Program-made: the position numbers and the translations under genes
The notes under the pieces: model-generated
What the model was told of the DNA's origin: nothing
The model's input: the letters and a program-made list of their open reading frames with translations, nothing else
Database searches by the model: none
Source: a virus
Lineage: Duplodnaviria > Caudoviricetes
DNA length: 64,000 nt
Reading direction: 5' to 3' (one strand)
IMG/VR virus record: IMGVR_UViG_3300044633_001982
Shown: positions 35,359 to 44,529 of the stretch, piece after piece
Numbering within the stretch: position 1 is the first letter of the stretch
Layout: the number at the start of each line of letters is the position of its first letter

Positions 35359-36098
35359 CAGGTAATTACAAAGTTAAAGCCCCGATAGGAGGTGTGGGAA
35401 TTAGACAAAAGGATACTTCAGATAAAGGAATTTTATTTGAGGTTACGGATGGTAATGATTATTCAGTGTACCCATGTTTACCTGGTATTGTGTCAAAAAT
35501 TGACGATGAGGAAGTAACAATTAAACATAAAGATTATGTTGGTAAAGACTTTATTTCAATATATGAGATTGACGGTAAAATTAAAGTAAAAGAAAAACAA
35601 GAAGTTACTCAGTCAACTGTAATTGGTAAAACCGATGAAGAAGTAATTTTTAAAGTTAAAGATGGTGGTTCATATACTAGCGCTAAAGATTTTATAGGTA
35701 AAGAATTTGGTAAGACAAAAGAAACTACATTATCATCAAAACAAAAAGCTAGATGTATTGCTAGAAGTATTGTTGGATTACCAGCTAAAGCCTTTGGTGT
35801 TGACGAATACGACCCATGTGCCGAGTTTTACGGAGAAAAATCTAAGGAACCATCTGAACCAGTTGATACTGAAATAAAAAAAGATGGGAAAAATAATAAT
35901 GTGGACAATAATGGGGGGAAAAAATCTAAAGATATTGACATTGACCCAAATAAATCATTACCTGACTCGACAGGTGGAGAAGAGGAAGAAGATGAACCAA
36001 GTTTACTGGGCACTGGAGTTAAAATGATTGGTGCAGTTACGGAGTCTAAAAAATTAAATGAAGAGATATTAAGGATAAAAGAATTATTAAGACTATAG
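35355..36098 (+). CDS. degenerate M23-like beta protein
   Basis: GIVSKI...IKH...SIY...KVKEKQEV..STVIGK scaffold without the metal ligands; C-terminal LNEEILRIKELL. Confidence 0.5.
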   Translation: MTGNYKVKAPIGGVGIRQKDTSDKGILFEVTDGNDYSVYPCLPGIVSKIDDEEVTIKHKDYVGKDFISIYEIDGKIKVKEKQEVTQSTVIGKTDEEVIFKVKDGGSYTSAKDFIGKEFGKTKETTLSSKQKARCIARSIVGLPAKAFGVDEYDPCAEFYGEKSKEPSEPVDTEIKKDGKNNNVDNNGGKKSKDIDIDPNKSLPDSTGGEEEEDEPSLLGTGVKMIGAVTESKKLNEEILRIKELLRL

Positions 36099-36104
36099 TT
36101 TGTT

Positions 36105-36509
36105 ATGTTTGATAAAGAACAAATAAAAAGACTTAAAGAATTATTGTCTCAAATGGGATTTAGTAATGAAGATATTAAATCAGAGATGAGATATTTAAAA
36201 AAACATTTAGAAAATTTACCTGAAGAAATTATATTATATAGAATTATAAGTGTTGATAACAAAGAAGATATTAATACTAAATTACCTGGTTCTCACTACA
36301 GTCATTCTAAAAAAGATTTAATGAGTTCTCATAATTTTACCACAGGGTATGGTGAAAAAAAATTCTTAATAACTGTAAAGGCTAAAAGAAATCAGATTGA
36401 TTTTTTTTCAACACTTGAAAATAATATATTGTATCCTAACGAACAAGAAATTACCTTAAAAAATAAAGGTAAGGGTGTTGAGATAACGTCTATAAAAGAA
36501 ATAAAATAA
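36105..36509 (+). CDS. putative ADP-ribosyltransferase-fold protein (R-S-E type)
   Basis: IILYRII, GSHYSHS, YPNEQEITL in canonical order. Confidence 0.5.
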   Translation: MFDKEQIKRLKELLSQMGFSNEDIKSEMRYLKKHLENLPEEIILYRIISVDNKEDINTKLPGSHYSHSKKDLMSSHNFTTGYGEKKFLITVKAKRNQIDFFSTLENNILYPNEQEITLKNKGKGVEITSIKEIK

Positions 36510-36530
36510 AGGGACCGAAGTCCCTTTATT
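36505..36530. terminator. bidirectional terminator at tmRNA 3' end
   Basis: AATAAAGGGAC CGAA GTCCCTTTATT. Confidence 0.85.
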
Positions 36531-36533
36531 ATT

Positions 36534-36926
36534 TGGTGGAGATGCCGGGGGTCGAACCCGGGTCCAAATAAGTAAGACATAAAACACTACACGTTTAGGT
36601 CATTGTTTTTCTAAACAATCCGAAACTTCACAATTCCCTTATTTTATAGTGGTTCGGTTTACTGAGAACTAATCCTCCACTTTGTTTCTTTTTGGGTAGA
36701 AACCACACCACAACTACGACTTCTGTTGCAAGGTTGTATGTCTGCCGACCCCTAGTAGGTTAATTTTAAATTAAGCTACAGATACTTCTTCAGTACGGAT
36801 TAAACCGATTGTAGAAAGTTTGTTGATAACGTTGCCGTTTATAATTTGAATCAGTTTAACGGAGTTAACTCAGCTCCGACGTGCGTTTTATGGCGTATCA
36901 TACCTGTCAAAGCCAAAAACATCCCC
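36534..36926 (-). ncRNA. ssrA: tmRNA
   Basis: 5' GGGGATGTTTTTGGCTTTGAC; 3' CCGGGTTCGACCCCCGGCATCTCCACCA (G-U pair in acceptor stem); tag ORF 36836-36771 GNVINKLSTIGLIRTEEVSVA*. Confidence 0.95.
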
Positions 36927-36995
36927 ATAAATCAAAGAACTATTGTGTAAAGATATAAATATATTCTTACTTATACAAGTATTTATTAAAAAAAT

Positions 36996-38078
36996 ATGAA
37001 ACTTTACGAAGCGTTAAAAAAATTTATTCAGGGTACGGCCGATGAATGGGACGTAAGGAGGAGTGATGATAACACTAGAATAGGTAGAGTGAATCAAAAT
37101 AGTTTAGGTAAATCGTTAGTTACATTAACATTTTATGAAGAGGAATTTGCAAAAATTTTCTTGGGGGACAATTCCGAATCTGATAATAACACCTATTATT
37201 TCAATGTAGCATTTAATAGAAGGGGATATTATGGAGGTTCAGTATTTGTCGACGCTCATTATTTTGGGGATGATGAGTGGAAATACGGTGCCTGTTGGTG
37301 GTATTTTAATGAAGACAACAGAAATTTATTTTTATCAATTTTAAAAATACTTAATCCGGGATTAGTTGAATTAGATGATAATGGAAAACCTGATGACGAG
37401 GCGTTTCAATTTTTACTAAGTAAATATACTGATGAAATTGAACAAATTAATTACGAATACGCTGAACTTTATGATGAGTCATTAGTTGTTGGTTTAAGGG
37501 AGTATATTTTAAAAAAAACTTGTGATGTATTTTCAGAATTTGGAATTTATGAGAAAGATTGTGCCCGTCAATACTTAACAACAGTTTCGGTATTAATGTC
37601 TTTATGGAAAATGACTAATACTGATGAAGACTCAAATGTTTTAGATTTATTACATAATTTAGCAATACAAAGAGATTTAATAATTGATGAAGATTTATAT
37701 GAAGATTATTACTCATATTTTGACGAAAAAAACTTTGACTCAGAATCATTTAATAGAACTGTAGAAAGACAATTAGAAAAAATAAAAGACAAAATTGATG
37801 AGGAAATAGATGAAGGTACATTACAAGATAGTATTAAAATACATAATCAATTATCAAAATTAGGTTATAATTTTGGTAGGTGGTATAGTTTACCTGACCA
37901 AAAACATTTTAATAAAATTGGAAAAAAGAACGAAAAATTTAAGTTACTTAACGTAATTGGGGGAAAAGTAGTATTCAATAGGTTAAATCCTGACAATGGA
38001 ATAGCACAGTCCGCAATGGGACCCGAAGATTTTTTTAATTATTTATACCATCCAGAATTGTTTGAATCAAAAAAATGA
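36996..38078 (+). CDS. hypothetical acidic protein
   Basis: 360 aa; TATTTAT upstream. Confidence 0.7.
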   Translation: MKLYEALKKFIQGTADEWDVRRSDDNTRIGRVNQNSLGKSLVTLTFYEEEFAKIFLGDNSESDNNTYYFNVAFNRRGYYGGSVFVDAHYFGDDEWKYGACWWYFNEDNRNLFLSILKILNPGLVELDDNGKPDDEAFQFLLSKYTDEIEQINYEYAELYDESLVVGLREYILKKTCDVFSEFGIYEKDCARQYLTTVSVLMSLWKMTNTDEDSNVLDLLHNLAIQRDLIIDEDLYEDYYSYFDEKNFDSESFNRTVERQLEKIKDKIDEEIDEGTLQDSIKIHNQLSKLGYNFGRWYSLPDQKHFNKIGKKNEKFKLLNVIGGKVVFNRLNPDNGIAQSAMGPEDFFNYLYHPELFESKK

Positions 38079-38092
38079 TTATCTTTGTCCTT

Positions 38093-38923
38093 ATGGATAA
38101 AAATATAGAATTTCTTAAAACAGTATTATCAATTCCAACTCACACTTATCATGAAGATAGGATGATTGATTTTTTAATTGATTATTTAAGTGAAAAAAAA
38201 TACCCTTTTAAAATTGATGAGTTGGGTAATATATACGTAACAAAAGGACTAATTTCAGAAAACGAATTTTATCCTTGTGTCGTTGCTCATACTGATACTG
38301 TACACCCTATTGACACTATCAATATTAGAGAAGAACAACGTAAAGATTCCAAAGGGAATTTAAATTTTAGTTTGAAAGCGTATAATGATGAAGGAGAACC
38401 TACAGGGATTGGGGGTGATGATAAATGTGGAGTATTTGCCTGTTTACAACTTTTAGAAGAATTTGAAGTTTTAAAAGTTGCATTTTTTGTGTCTGAGGAA
38501 GTTGGTTGTATTGGCTCAAAAGAGGCTGACCCTGTATTTTTTAATGATGTAGGGTACGCAATTCAATTTGATGCTCCTGATGATTATATGGTTACAGAAT
38601 ATTGTTTTGGTGTAAAAATGTTTGAAACTGATTCTCCGTTTCACACTACCGCTAAAACAGTATTAACTGAAAACATGTTATCAGAACCAAGATTTATGCA
38701 ACATCCTTATACAGATATTTGGCAATTAAAACAAAAATTTGATTTTTCATGTATCAATCTTTCTGTTGGTTATCACTCGTACCATACAAAACACGAATAT
38801 GTGGTTGTAGATGAAGTTTTTGCAGGTATTGAATCAGGTAAAAAATTAATTCAGGAGTTGGGAAATACAAAATATGTTTATAAACATATTCCTCGAGACT
38901 TAACAAAAGGATTTTTTAATTAA
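38093..38923 (+). CDS. M20/M28-clan zinc peptidase
   Basis: VAHTDTVH, GGDDKCG, FVSEEVGCIGS, QFD, YHSYH; start moved to 38093. Confidence 0.85.
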   Translation: MDKNIEFLKTVLSIPTHTYHEDRMIDFLIDYLSEKKYPFKIDELGNIYVTKGLISENEFYPCVVAHTDTVHPIDTINIREEQRKDSKGNLNFSLKAYNDEGEPTGIGGDDKCGVFACLQLLEEFEVLKVAFFVSEEVGCIGSKEADPVFFNDVGYAIQFDAPDDYMVTEYCFGVKMFETDSPFHTTAKTVLTENMLSEPRFMQHPYTDIWQLKQKFDFSCINLSVGYHSYHTKHEYVVVDEVFAGIESGKKLIQELGNTKYVYKHIPRDLTKGFFN

Positions 38924-38926
38924 AAT

Positions 38927-38953
38927 AAAAAAGGGGGTTTATTCCCCCTTTTT
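38927..38953. terminator. bidirectional terminator
   Basis: AAAAAAGGGGG TTTATT CCCCCTTTTT. Confidence 0.75.
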
Positions 38954-40981
38954 CTTTTTCCCTTTTTTAGTTGTTTTATTTTTTGTAAGGATAACATCTT
39001 CATCTTTAATTGAAATATTGTAGGATTCATTAATTTCAATATTATTCTTTAACACCTCATCCGACACAAAATCTTCAATTTTTTCTTGTATTGCTCTTTT
39101 TAATGGTCTTGCACCATATACCTCGTCAAATCCAACTTTAGAAATATATTCAATAACTGAATTATCAAATGTAATATCGTAACCAAGTTTAACTAACCTA
39201 TTTGTTAATTTTGATACCTCAACTAAAACAATTTTTTGAATGTCTTCGTCTTGTAATGTGTTGAATATTATAATTTCATCTAACCTATTAATAAACTCAG
39301 GGGCAAAATAGTTCTTTAACTCTTTAGTAAGAATTCCTTTTTTGGCTTCTTCATTTTTATAGACATTTTTTGATGAATCAAAACCAATTCCAGCACCAAA
39401 GTCTTGTAGTTTTTTAACTCCAATATTTGAAGTCATAATTATTAAACAATTCTTAAAATTAATCTTACGACCAAAACTATCAGTCATATATCCTTCGTCT
39501 AAAAGTTGAAGTAACGCTGAAAAAATATCTTTATGTGCTTTCTCAACTTCATCAAACAACACTACTGAATATGGTTTAGTTTTTACTTGTTCAGTTAATT
39601 GTCCTCCCTCGTCATAACCCACATATCCAGGAGGTGAACCAATCAATCGAGATACTGAGTGTTTTTCTTGGAATTCACTCATATCTACCCTTATCAGACT
39701 ATCTTCACTTCCAAATATTTGTTTTGCCAATTCTTTGGCCAATAAAGTTTTACCTACACCTGTTGACCCTAAAAATATAAATGAACCAATTGGTTTGTTT
39801 GGGTCTTTAATACCTAATCGATTTCTACGAATAGACTTTGCAATTTTGATAACCGCTTCTTTTTGACCTATTACAGACTTGTTAAGTTCTTCTTCTAAAT
39901 TAATTAAAACATTTTTATCGTCTAAACTTAATTTATTTAATGGGATTTTTGTCATGGTTGAAACCACATCATAAACTAATTCCTCAGGTACGTCTTTTCT
40001 ATTATGTAACAAATCCTCCTCAAATAACTTCTTTTCAATGTCTAAAAGATTTAAAACTTTTTTTTCTTTGTCCCTTAAACTAGCCGCTTCTTCATAATTT
40101 TGTTTTTTAACAACTAATAATTTTTGTTGTTTAATTTCCATCGCCTCTTTTTTTAATTCCTCAATAATCTCAGGGTTTTTAATATCAACTTGAGCTCTTG
40201 CTCCGACCTCGTCTAAAATGTCAAAAGCTTTATCTGGAAATTCTCTATCCGTAATATATCTCTCCGCCAAATCAACACATATTTGTAATATATTATCTGA
40301 AAATATTACTTTGTGGTAGTTTTCATATTTGTCTTTAACGTTTTTAAGAATTTGAAAAGTCTCCTCTTTAGTTGATGGACTAACTATTACTTTTTGAAAT
40401 CTTCTATCTAACGCCCCATCCTTCTCAATTTGTTTTTTGTATTCATCCAAAGTTGTAGCACCAATACATTGTATTTCACCACGAGATAACGCAGGTTTTA
40501 ATATGTTAGATGCGTCAAGGGAACCAGAAGCGTTACCTGCCCCGACAATTGTGTGGATTTCGTCAATGAATAGTATGACATTTGGATTCGCTTGAATTTC
40601 TTCTAAAATAACTTTTAACCTCTCTTCAAATTGACCACGATACTTGGTACCCGCAACAATTGAATTAATTTCTAAAGATAAAATTCGTTTATCTAAAAGA
40701 TTTCTTGGGCAGTCACCCTCAAATATTTTCATAGCTAAACCCTCAACTATTGCGGTCTTACCACATCCAGGTTCACCTATGATTATTGGGTTATTTTTTT
40801 TTCTTCGAGATAATATTTGGGCAATTCTAATAATTTCGTTTTCTCTACCAACAACGGGGTCTAATTTACCTTCCTCCGCTAATTTAATTAAGTCTCTACT
40901 AAAATTATCTAAAACAGGAGTATTGCTATTAGTCTCCACTTTTTTCGGATTTTTCATTCCGTCTTCAACTGAGTCTGTCAT
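38939..40981 (-). CDS. clpC: ClpC-type AAA+ unfoldase lacking the N-terminal Clp-repeat domain
   Basis: NBD1 GEPGCGKT, LFIDEIH; UVR-like coiled coil (KQNYEEAASLRDKEK); NBD2 GSTGVGKT, FDEVEKAH; GIGF ClpP-docking loop; GARPL. Confidence 0.9.
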   Translation of the reverse strand: MTDSVEDGMKNPKKVETNSNTPVLDNFSRDLIKLAEEGKLDPVVGRENEIIRIAQILSRRKKNNPIIIGEPGCGKTAIVEGLAMKIFEGDCPRNLLDKRILSLEINSIVAGTKYRGQFEERLKVILEEIQANPNVILFIDEIHTIVGAGNASGSLDASNILKPALSRGEIQCIGATTLDEYKKQIEKDGALDRRFQKVIVSPSTKEETFQILKNVKDKYENYHKVIFSDNILQICVDLAERYITDREFPDKAFDILDEVGARAQVDIKNPEIIEELKKEAMEIKQQKLLVVKKQNYEEAASLRDKEKKVLNLLDIEKKLFEEDLLHNRKDVPEELVYDVVSTMTKIPLNKLSLDDKNVLINLEEELNKSVIGQKEAVIKIAKSIRRNRLGIKDPNKPIGSFIFLGSTGVGKTLLAKELAKQIFGSEDSLIRVDMSEFQEKHSVSRLIGSPPGYVGYDEGGQLTEQVKTKPYSVVLFDEVEKAHKDIFSALLQLLDEGYMTDSFGRKINFKNCLIIMTSNIGVKKLQDFGAGIGFDSSKNVYKNEEAKKGILTKELKNYFAPEFINRLDEIIIFNTLQDEDIQKIVLVEVSKLTNRLVKLGYDITFDNSVIEYISKVGFDEVYGARPLKRAIQEKIEDFVSDEVLKNNIEINESYNISIKDEDVILTKNKTTKKGKKKKGE

Positions 40982-41057
40982 AAGTTTTTTTATAAGATTA
41001 AGTCTATTTTATTTAAAATTCAATAATTTGATGTTATGATTTAAAAAAAACAATATT

Positions 41058-41300
41058 ATGGCAATTAAAAGTGAAAAAATTGAGGGTACTAAAATAATTT
41101 GTGAGATAGAATCATCTAATCTTTCTAAGACAGATTATGATACAATAAGTAAAAAATTAATTGTGGAATTTAAAAATGGGTCGTCATACGAATACGAAAA
41201 TGTTCCCCATGAATTATATACACAGTTCAGAATGTCAGAATCTCAAGGTAGTTTTTTTAGTAAAAGTATTTCAAAAAAATTTAAGTATAAAAAATTGTAA
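41058..41300 (+). CDS. KTSC domain protein
   Basis: SSNL...YD.....L.VEFKNGS.YEY.NVP...Y.......SQGSFF...I. Confidence 0.9.
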   Translation: MAIKSEKIEGTKIICEIESSNLSKTDYDTISKKLIVEFKNGSSYEYENVPHELYTQFRMSESQGSFFSKSISKKFKYKKL

Positions 41301-41321
41301 AATTTTAAGTATTTATTATTT

Positions 41322-42071
41322 GTGAAATTAGATAAAGAAATACTTCAAAGTTTTAATGTGAAAGATGAATTATGTCCTGACATTTGGGAGGGACAAGGTG
41401 AATCTACAAAATTAAAACCTAACGTAAGAAAAAAACTACTTCAAATTGCTGAATTATTTAGAGAATTTGTTGGAGTCAATTTTTTTGTTGACGACATTGT
41501 TCTAATGGGTTCATTGGTTAATTATAATTGGTCTAAATTTTCAGATGCTGATTTACATATAATCGTCGACTTTAGTGAGTTTGACCAAGATAAATTAGAT
41601 GTTTATCAAGAATTATTTGAGGTTAAGAAAAAAATATTCGCACAAATTCATAATATAAAAATTTACGGTTACGATGTTGAATTATATATTCAGGATAAAT
41701 CTACTGAAGCTGTGAGTTCAGGAGTTTACTCAGTATTAAATGATGAATGGTTATCTTTTCCCGAAAAAGAAGGATTCAAACTTGATAAGAAATTATTAAA
41801 ACAAAAAATATCACAGTGGGTTAACATTATTGATGGTGTTGAAGATATTGTAAAAGATTTAGACGATGAAGAGGCAATTGAACTAGTTAAAAGTTACAAG
41901 AAAAAATTAAAAAAATTTAGAACTTGTGGTTTAGAAAAGGGTGGAGAGTATTCATATGAAAATATAGTATTTAAATATTTAAGACGTTCTGGACAAATCG
42001 GTAAATTACACAATTTACAAACAAAAATTGAAGACGAATCTCTGTCTTTAAAAGAAAATTTAAAATTTTAA
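41322..42071 (+). CDS. pol-beta-superfamily nucleotidyltransferase
   Basis: LMGSL.NYNWSKFSDADLH, YDVELY. Confidence 0.8.
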   Translation: MKLDKEILQSFNVKDELCPDIWEGQGESTKLKPNVRKKLLQIAELFREFVGVNFFVDDIVLMGSLVNYNWSKFSDADLHIIVDFSEFDQDKLDVYQELFEVKKKIFAQIHNIKIYGYDVELYIQDKSTEAVSSGVYSVLNDEWLSFPEKEGFKLDKKLLKQKISQWVNIIDGVEDIVKDLDDEEAIELVKSYKKKLKKFRTCGLEKGGEYSYENIVFKYLRRSGQIGKLHNLQTKIEDESLSLKENLKF

Positions 42072-42153
42072 TCAATTTACATAATTCAAAGTATTTATTT
42101 ATAAAACACTAAATAAAACAGCATTTTACTGCCTTATTAAAAAGTAAAAAAAT

Positions 42154-43359
42154 ATGAGTAAGTTAAAACCGGTTGGTAGCGAAAAATTACAAGGGTTGGA
42201 TAAAATTCAACGTATTATGGAAATCGCTAGATATAAAGAGGTTATCCCACAATCAATAAATGAAGTATCATCTCGTGAATACCAAATAGTATTGGCAGAT
42301 GGTCAAACGTATTCAATCGACAAAGAAAAATTGGGATACGTAATTAAGAAAAAAGTTAATGAGGATTTTGATTATGTTGAACCTATGAAAAATAGGTCTC
42401 ATTATAGGTCTTATTCTCAGGCCTTTAAAAAACTTAATCTGATAGCTCAGGAAGTTAACAGATTAACTGAGACTGAAGAAAATATTTCTTTATTTAATGA
42501 AGACAAAAAATATTTGCTAAAAACACCAAAACCAAAAATGGAGGATGAACCTCAAGGTCCAGCACCTATGGGTCCACCATCAGCCGCGGCTGAACCATCA
42601 CCTGCACCGTCACCTGAACCTGAAATGGGTGGAGAAGATATGGGTGGAGAAGACATGGGACCTGAAATGGGAGGAGAAGATATGGGACCTGAAATGGGAG
42701 GAGAAGAAGGGGAAGATATGGGGCCTGAAATGGGTAACGAAGGGGAAGAAGAAACTTCTTTTAAGGATATTCAAAAATTGACAGGAAAACTATCTCAAAA
42801 AATTAGAGAAATTGAAGACGAACAACCTTTAACAGGTAAAGATGTTAAGTACGTAATTAATTCAATTTTGTCGGCTTTAAATTTAGATGAGTTATCGAGT
42901 GATGATAAAGAAGAAATCGTATCTAGATTTGAAGAAGAAGATGAGGATAATATGACATCAGATGATATGGATTTTTCATCAAGTGAGGAAGATATGGGAC
43001 CTGAAATGGGGTCTGAGGATGAGGAAGAACAGACTCAACCTGAAATGGGTGAATCGGCTCCGGCTCACAAATCGTCAATAGCATCGGACAATTTTGAAAT
43101 GTACAATATGAATGAATCTAAAATTGAAAACATTCTTAAAGGTTATTTCTTTGAGTCTAAAGATGAAAAACAATACAAAAAAAATAGATTTTCATATGTT
43201 ACAGATTTTGCTGTGACAAAAAAACAAGCTAATGTTGCTAAAAATTTAATGGAGGCAGCACCAAGTTTACATTTTGTTGGTAGAACAACAAAGAAAAATT
43301 TAATATTTGAAAATAACGGACAACAAGTAAAAGTTACTCCTAACGGTAATATTTTATGA
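42154..43359 (+). CDS. acidic low-complexity head-module protein
   Basis: EDMGPEMG repeats; upstream of terL. Confidence 0.65.
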   Translation: MSKLKPVGSEKLQGLDKIQRIMEIARYKEVIPQSINEVSSREYQIVLADGQTYSIDKEKLGYVIKKKVNEDFDYVEPMKNRSHYRSYSQAFKKLNLIAQEVNRLTETEENISLFNEDKKYLLKTPKPKMEDEPQGPAPMGPPSAAAEPSPAPSPEPEMGGEDMGGEDMGPEMGGEDMGPEMGGEEGEDMGPEMGNEGEEETSFKDIQKLTGKLSQKIREIEDEQPLTGKDVKYVINSILSALNLDELSSDDKEEIVSRFEEEDEDNMTSDDMDFSSSEEDMGPEMGSEDEEEQTQPEMGESAPAHKSSIASDNFEMYNMNESKIENILKGYFFESKDEKQYKKNRFSYVTDFAVTKKQANVAKNLMEAAPSLHFVGRTTKKNLIFENNGQQVKVTPNGNIL

Positions 43360-43736
43360 GTTATTTAGTTTTTATAAATGGTCTTGGACCAAATTATAAA
43401 GGGGAAATGAGATATGAATTCATTTTCTCAAAAAATTTAGAAGTGTGGGGAGAGGATTGGGAACACGAGCCGGCAAACTCATATCCAAAACCACCTGAAC
43501 TTGAAGATATAGAAAGTGTTGGGGTATTATCTGAAGGGGGAATAGAATTAGAATTGATACAAAATTCAGATTATTTCTCAATGAAAGATGCGGTAGATGG
43601 GGTTGTTTGTTTAGGTTGGGAAAGTGATAAAGAAAAGGACGAAAGATTGGTGTTTAGATTTGGTGAGAAAGAAGAGGAAACAAAAAATAAATTATACTCC
43701 CAAGACATAATTTTGGGTTTTGAAAAAGTATTGTAA
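43356..43736 (+). CDS. hypothetical protein
   Basis: Operonic ORF. Confidence 0.7.
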   Translation: MSYLVFINGLGPNYKGEMRYEFIFSKNLEVWGEDWEHEPANSYPKPPELEDIESVGVLSEGGIELELIQNSDYFSMKDAVDGVVCLGWESDKEKDERLVFRFGEKEEETKNKLYSQDIILGFEKVL

Positions 43737-43737
43737 A

Positions 43738-44529
43738 ATGAGCTTAGTCAACAAAAAACAAGTATTAACAAAAATGGGATTCAGTCCAAAAACATTGTCT
43801 CTTATGACTGAGTCTGAAATATCAAAATTATTCAAGACTTTTTTAATTGAAACAAAAAAAGAAAATAAAGAAGCAGTTCAGGTAACTAAAATTGTGTTGG
43901 ATAAAAATAATCCTACGGACGTTAAAACTGCGAATTTTTGTTTACAAAATCCTTCAGACTCAAAATGTAAAAATGTTGAGATGAAAGAGGGTAAAAAAAC
44001 AAAGAAAAAAAATCCATGGGCTATTTGTACTTCTGTAATGGGTGCTGAATTCGGTACGAAAGAAAGAAGTGACTGGACAAAAAAACAAATGGATAAATAT
44101 GAAAAATGTGTGGTTGGTGTAAAAAAATCAATTAAAGAAGGAAAAAATCCTATAGAAGTTTTGTTAGAAGATAAATTTAGAGGTATTATTGTAGAAAATT
44201 TAAGACCAAAAATAACAAAATCTGATATAATGAAAATGATTTTTGAAAACGTAGAAATGGCCGACCCTGCGGTTAAACCAAAAACAAAACCTGGAGTTAA
44301 ACCCGATACAGATTATGACCCATTTATATCACCTGACCCCGATGACCAACCTGAGGCTAATACACCTGAACCAAAAACAAAACCAAAACCTGGTGTAAAA
44401 CCTGATGTTGATTATGACCCATTTATTTCACCCGACCCAGATGACCAACCTGAGGCAGGTGCTAGAGGTTTAGAGAGTTTTATGTCGGCAGTTAAAAAAA
44501 TGGGAATGTTAAAAAAAGGTAAGAGATGA
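43738..44529 (+). CDS. hypothetical protein with duplicated KP(K)TKPGVKPDxDYDPFISPDPDDQPEA
   Basis: Start moved to 43738; KNPWAIC module. Confidence 0.7.
   Translation: MSLVNKKQVLTKMGFSPKTLSLMTESEISKLFKTFLIETKKENKEAVQVTKIVLDKNNPTDVKTANFCLQNPSDSKCKNVEMKEGKKTKKKNPWAICTSVMGAEFGTKERSDWTKKQMDKYEKCVVGVKKSIKEGKNPIEVLLEDKFRGIIVENLRPKITKSDIMKMIFENVEMADPAVKPKTKPGVKPDTDYDPFISPDPDDQPEANTPEPKTKPKPGVKPDVDYDPFISPDPDDQPEAGARGLESFMSAVKKMGMLKKGKR

Noticed and set aside
36392-36580. ORF 36392-36580 (-)
   Set aside because: It is the tmRNA 3' end (GPGFDPRHLHQ) plus the antisense of 36105.
38939-40981. Calling the AAA+ protein ClpB
   Set aside because: It has a short UVR-type M-domain and a GIGF ClpP-docking loop, which fit ClpC.
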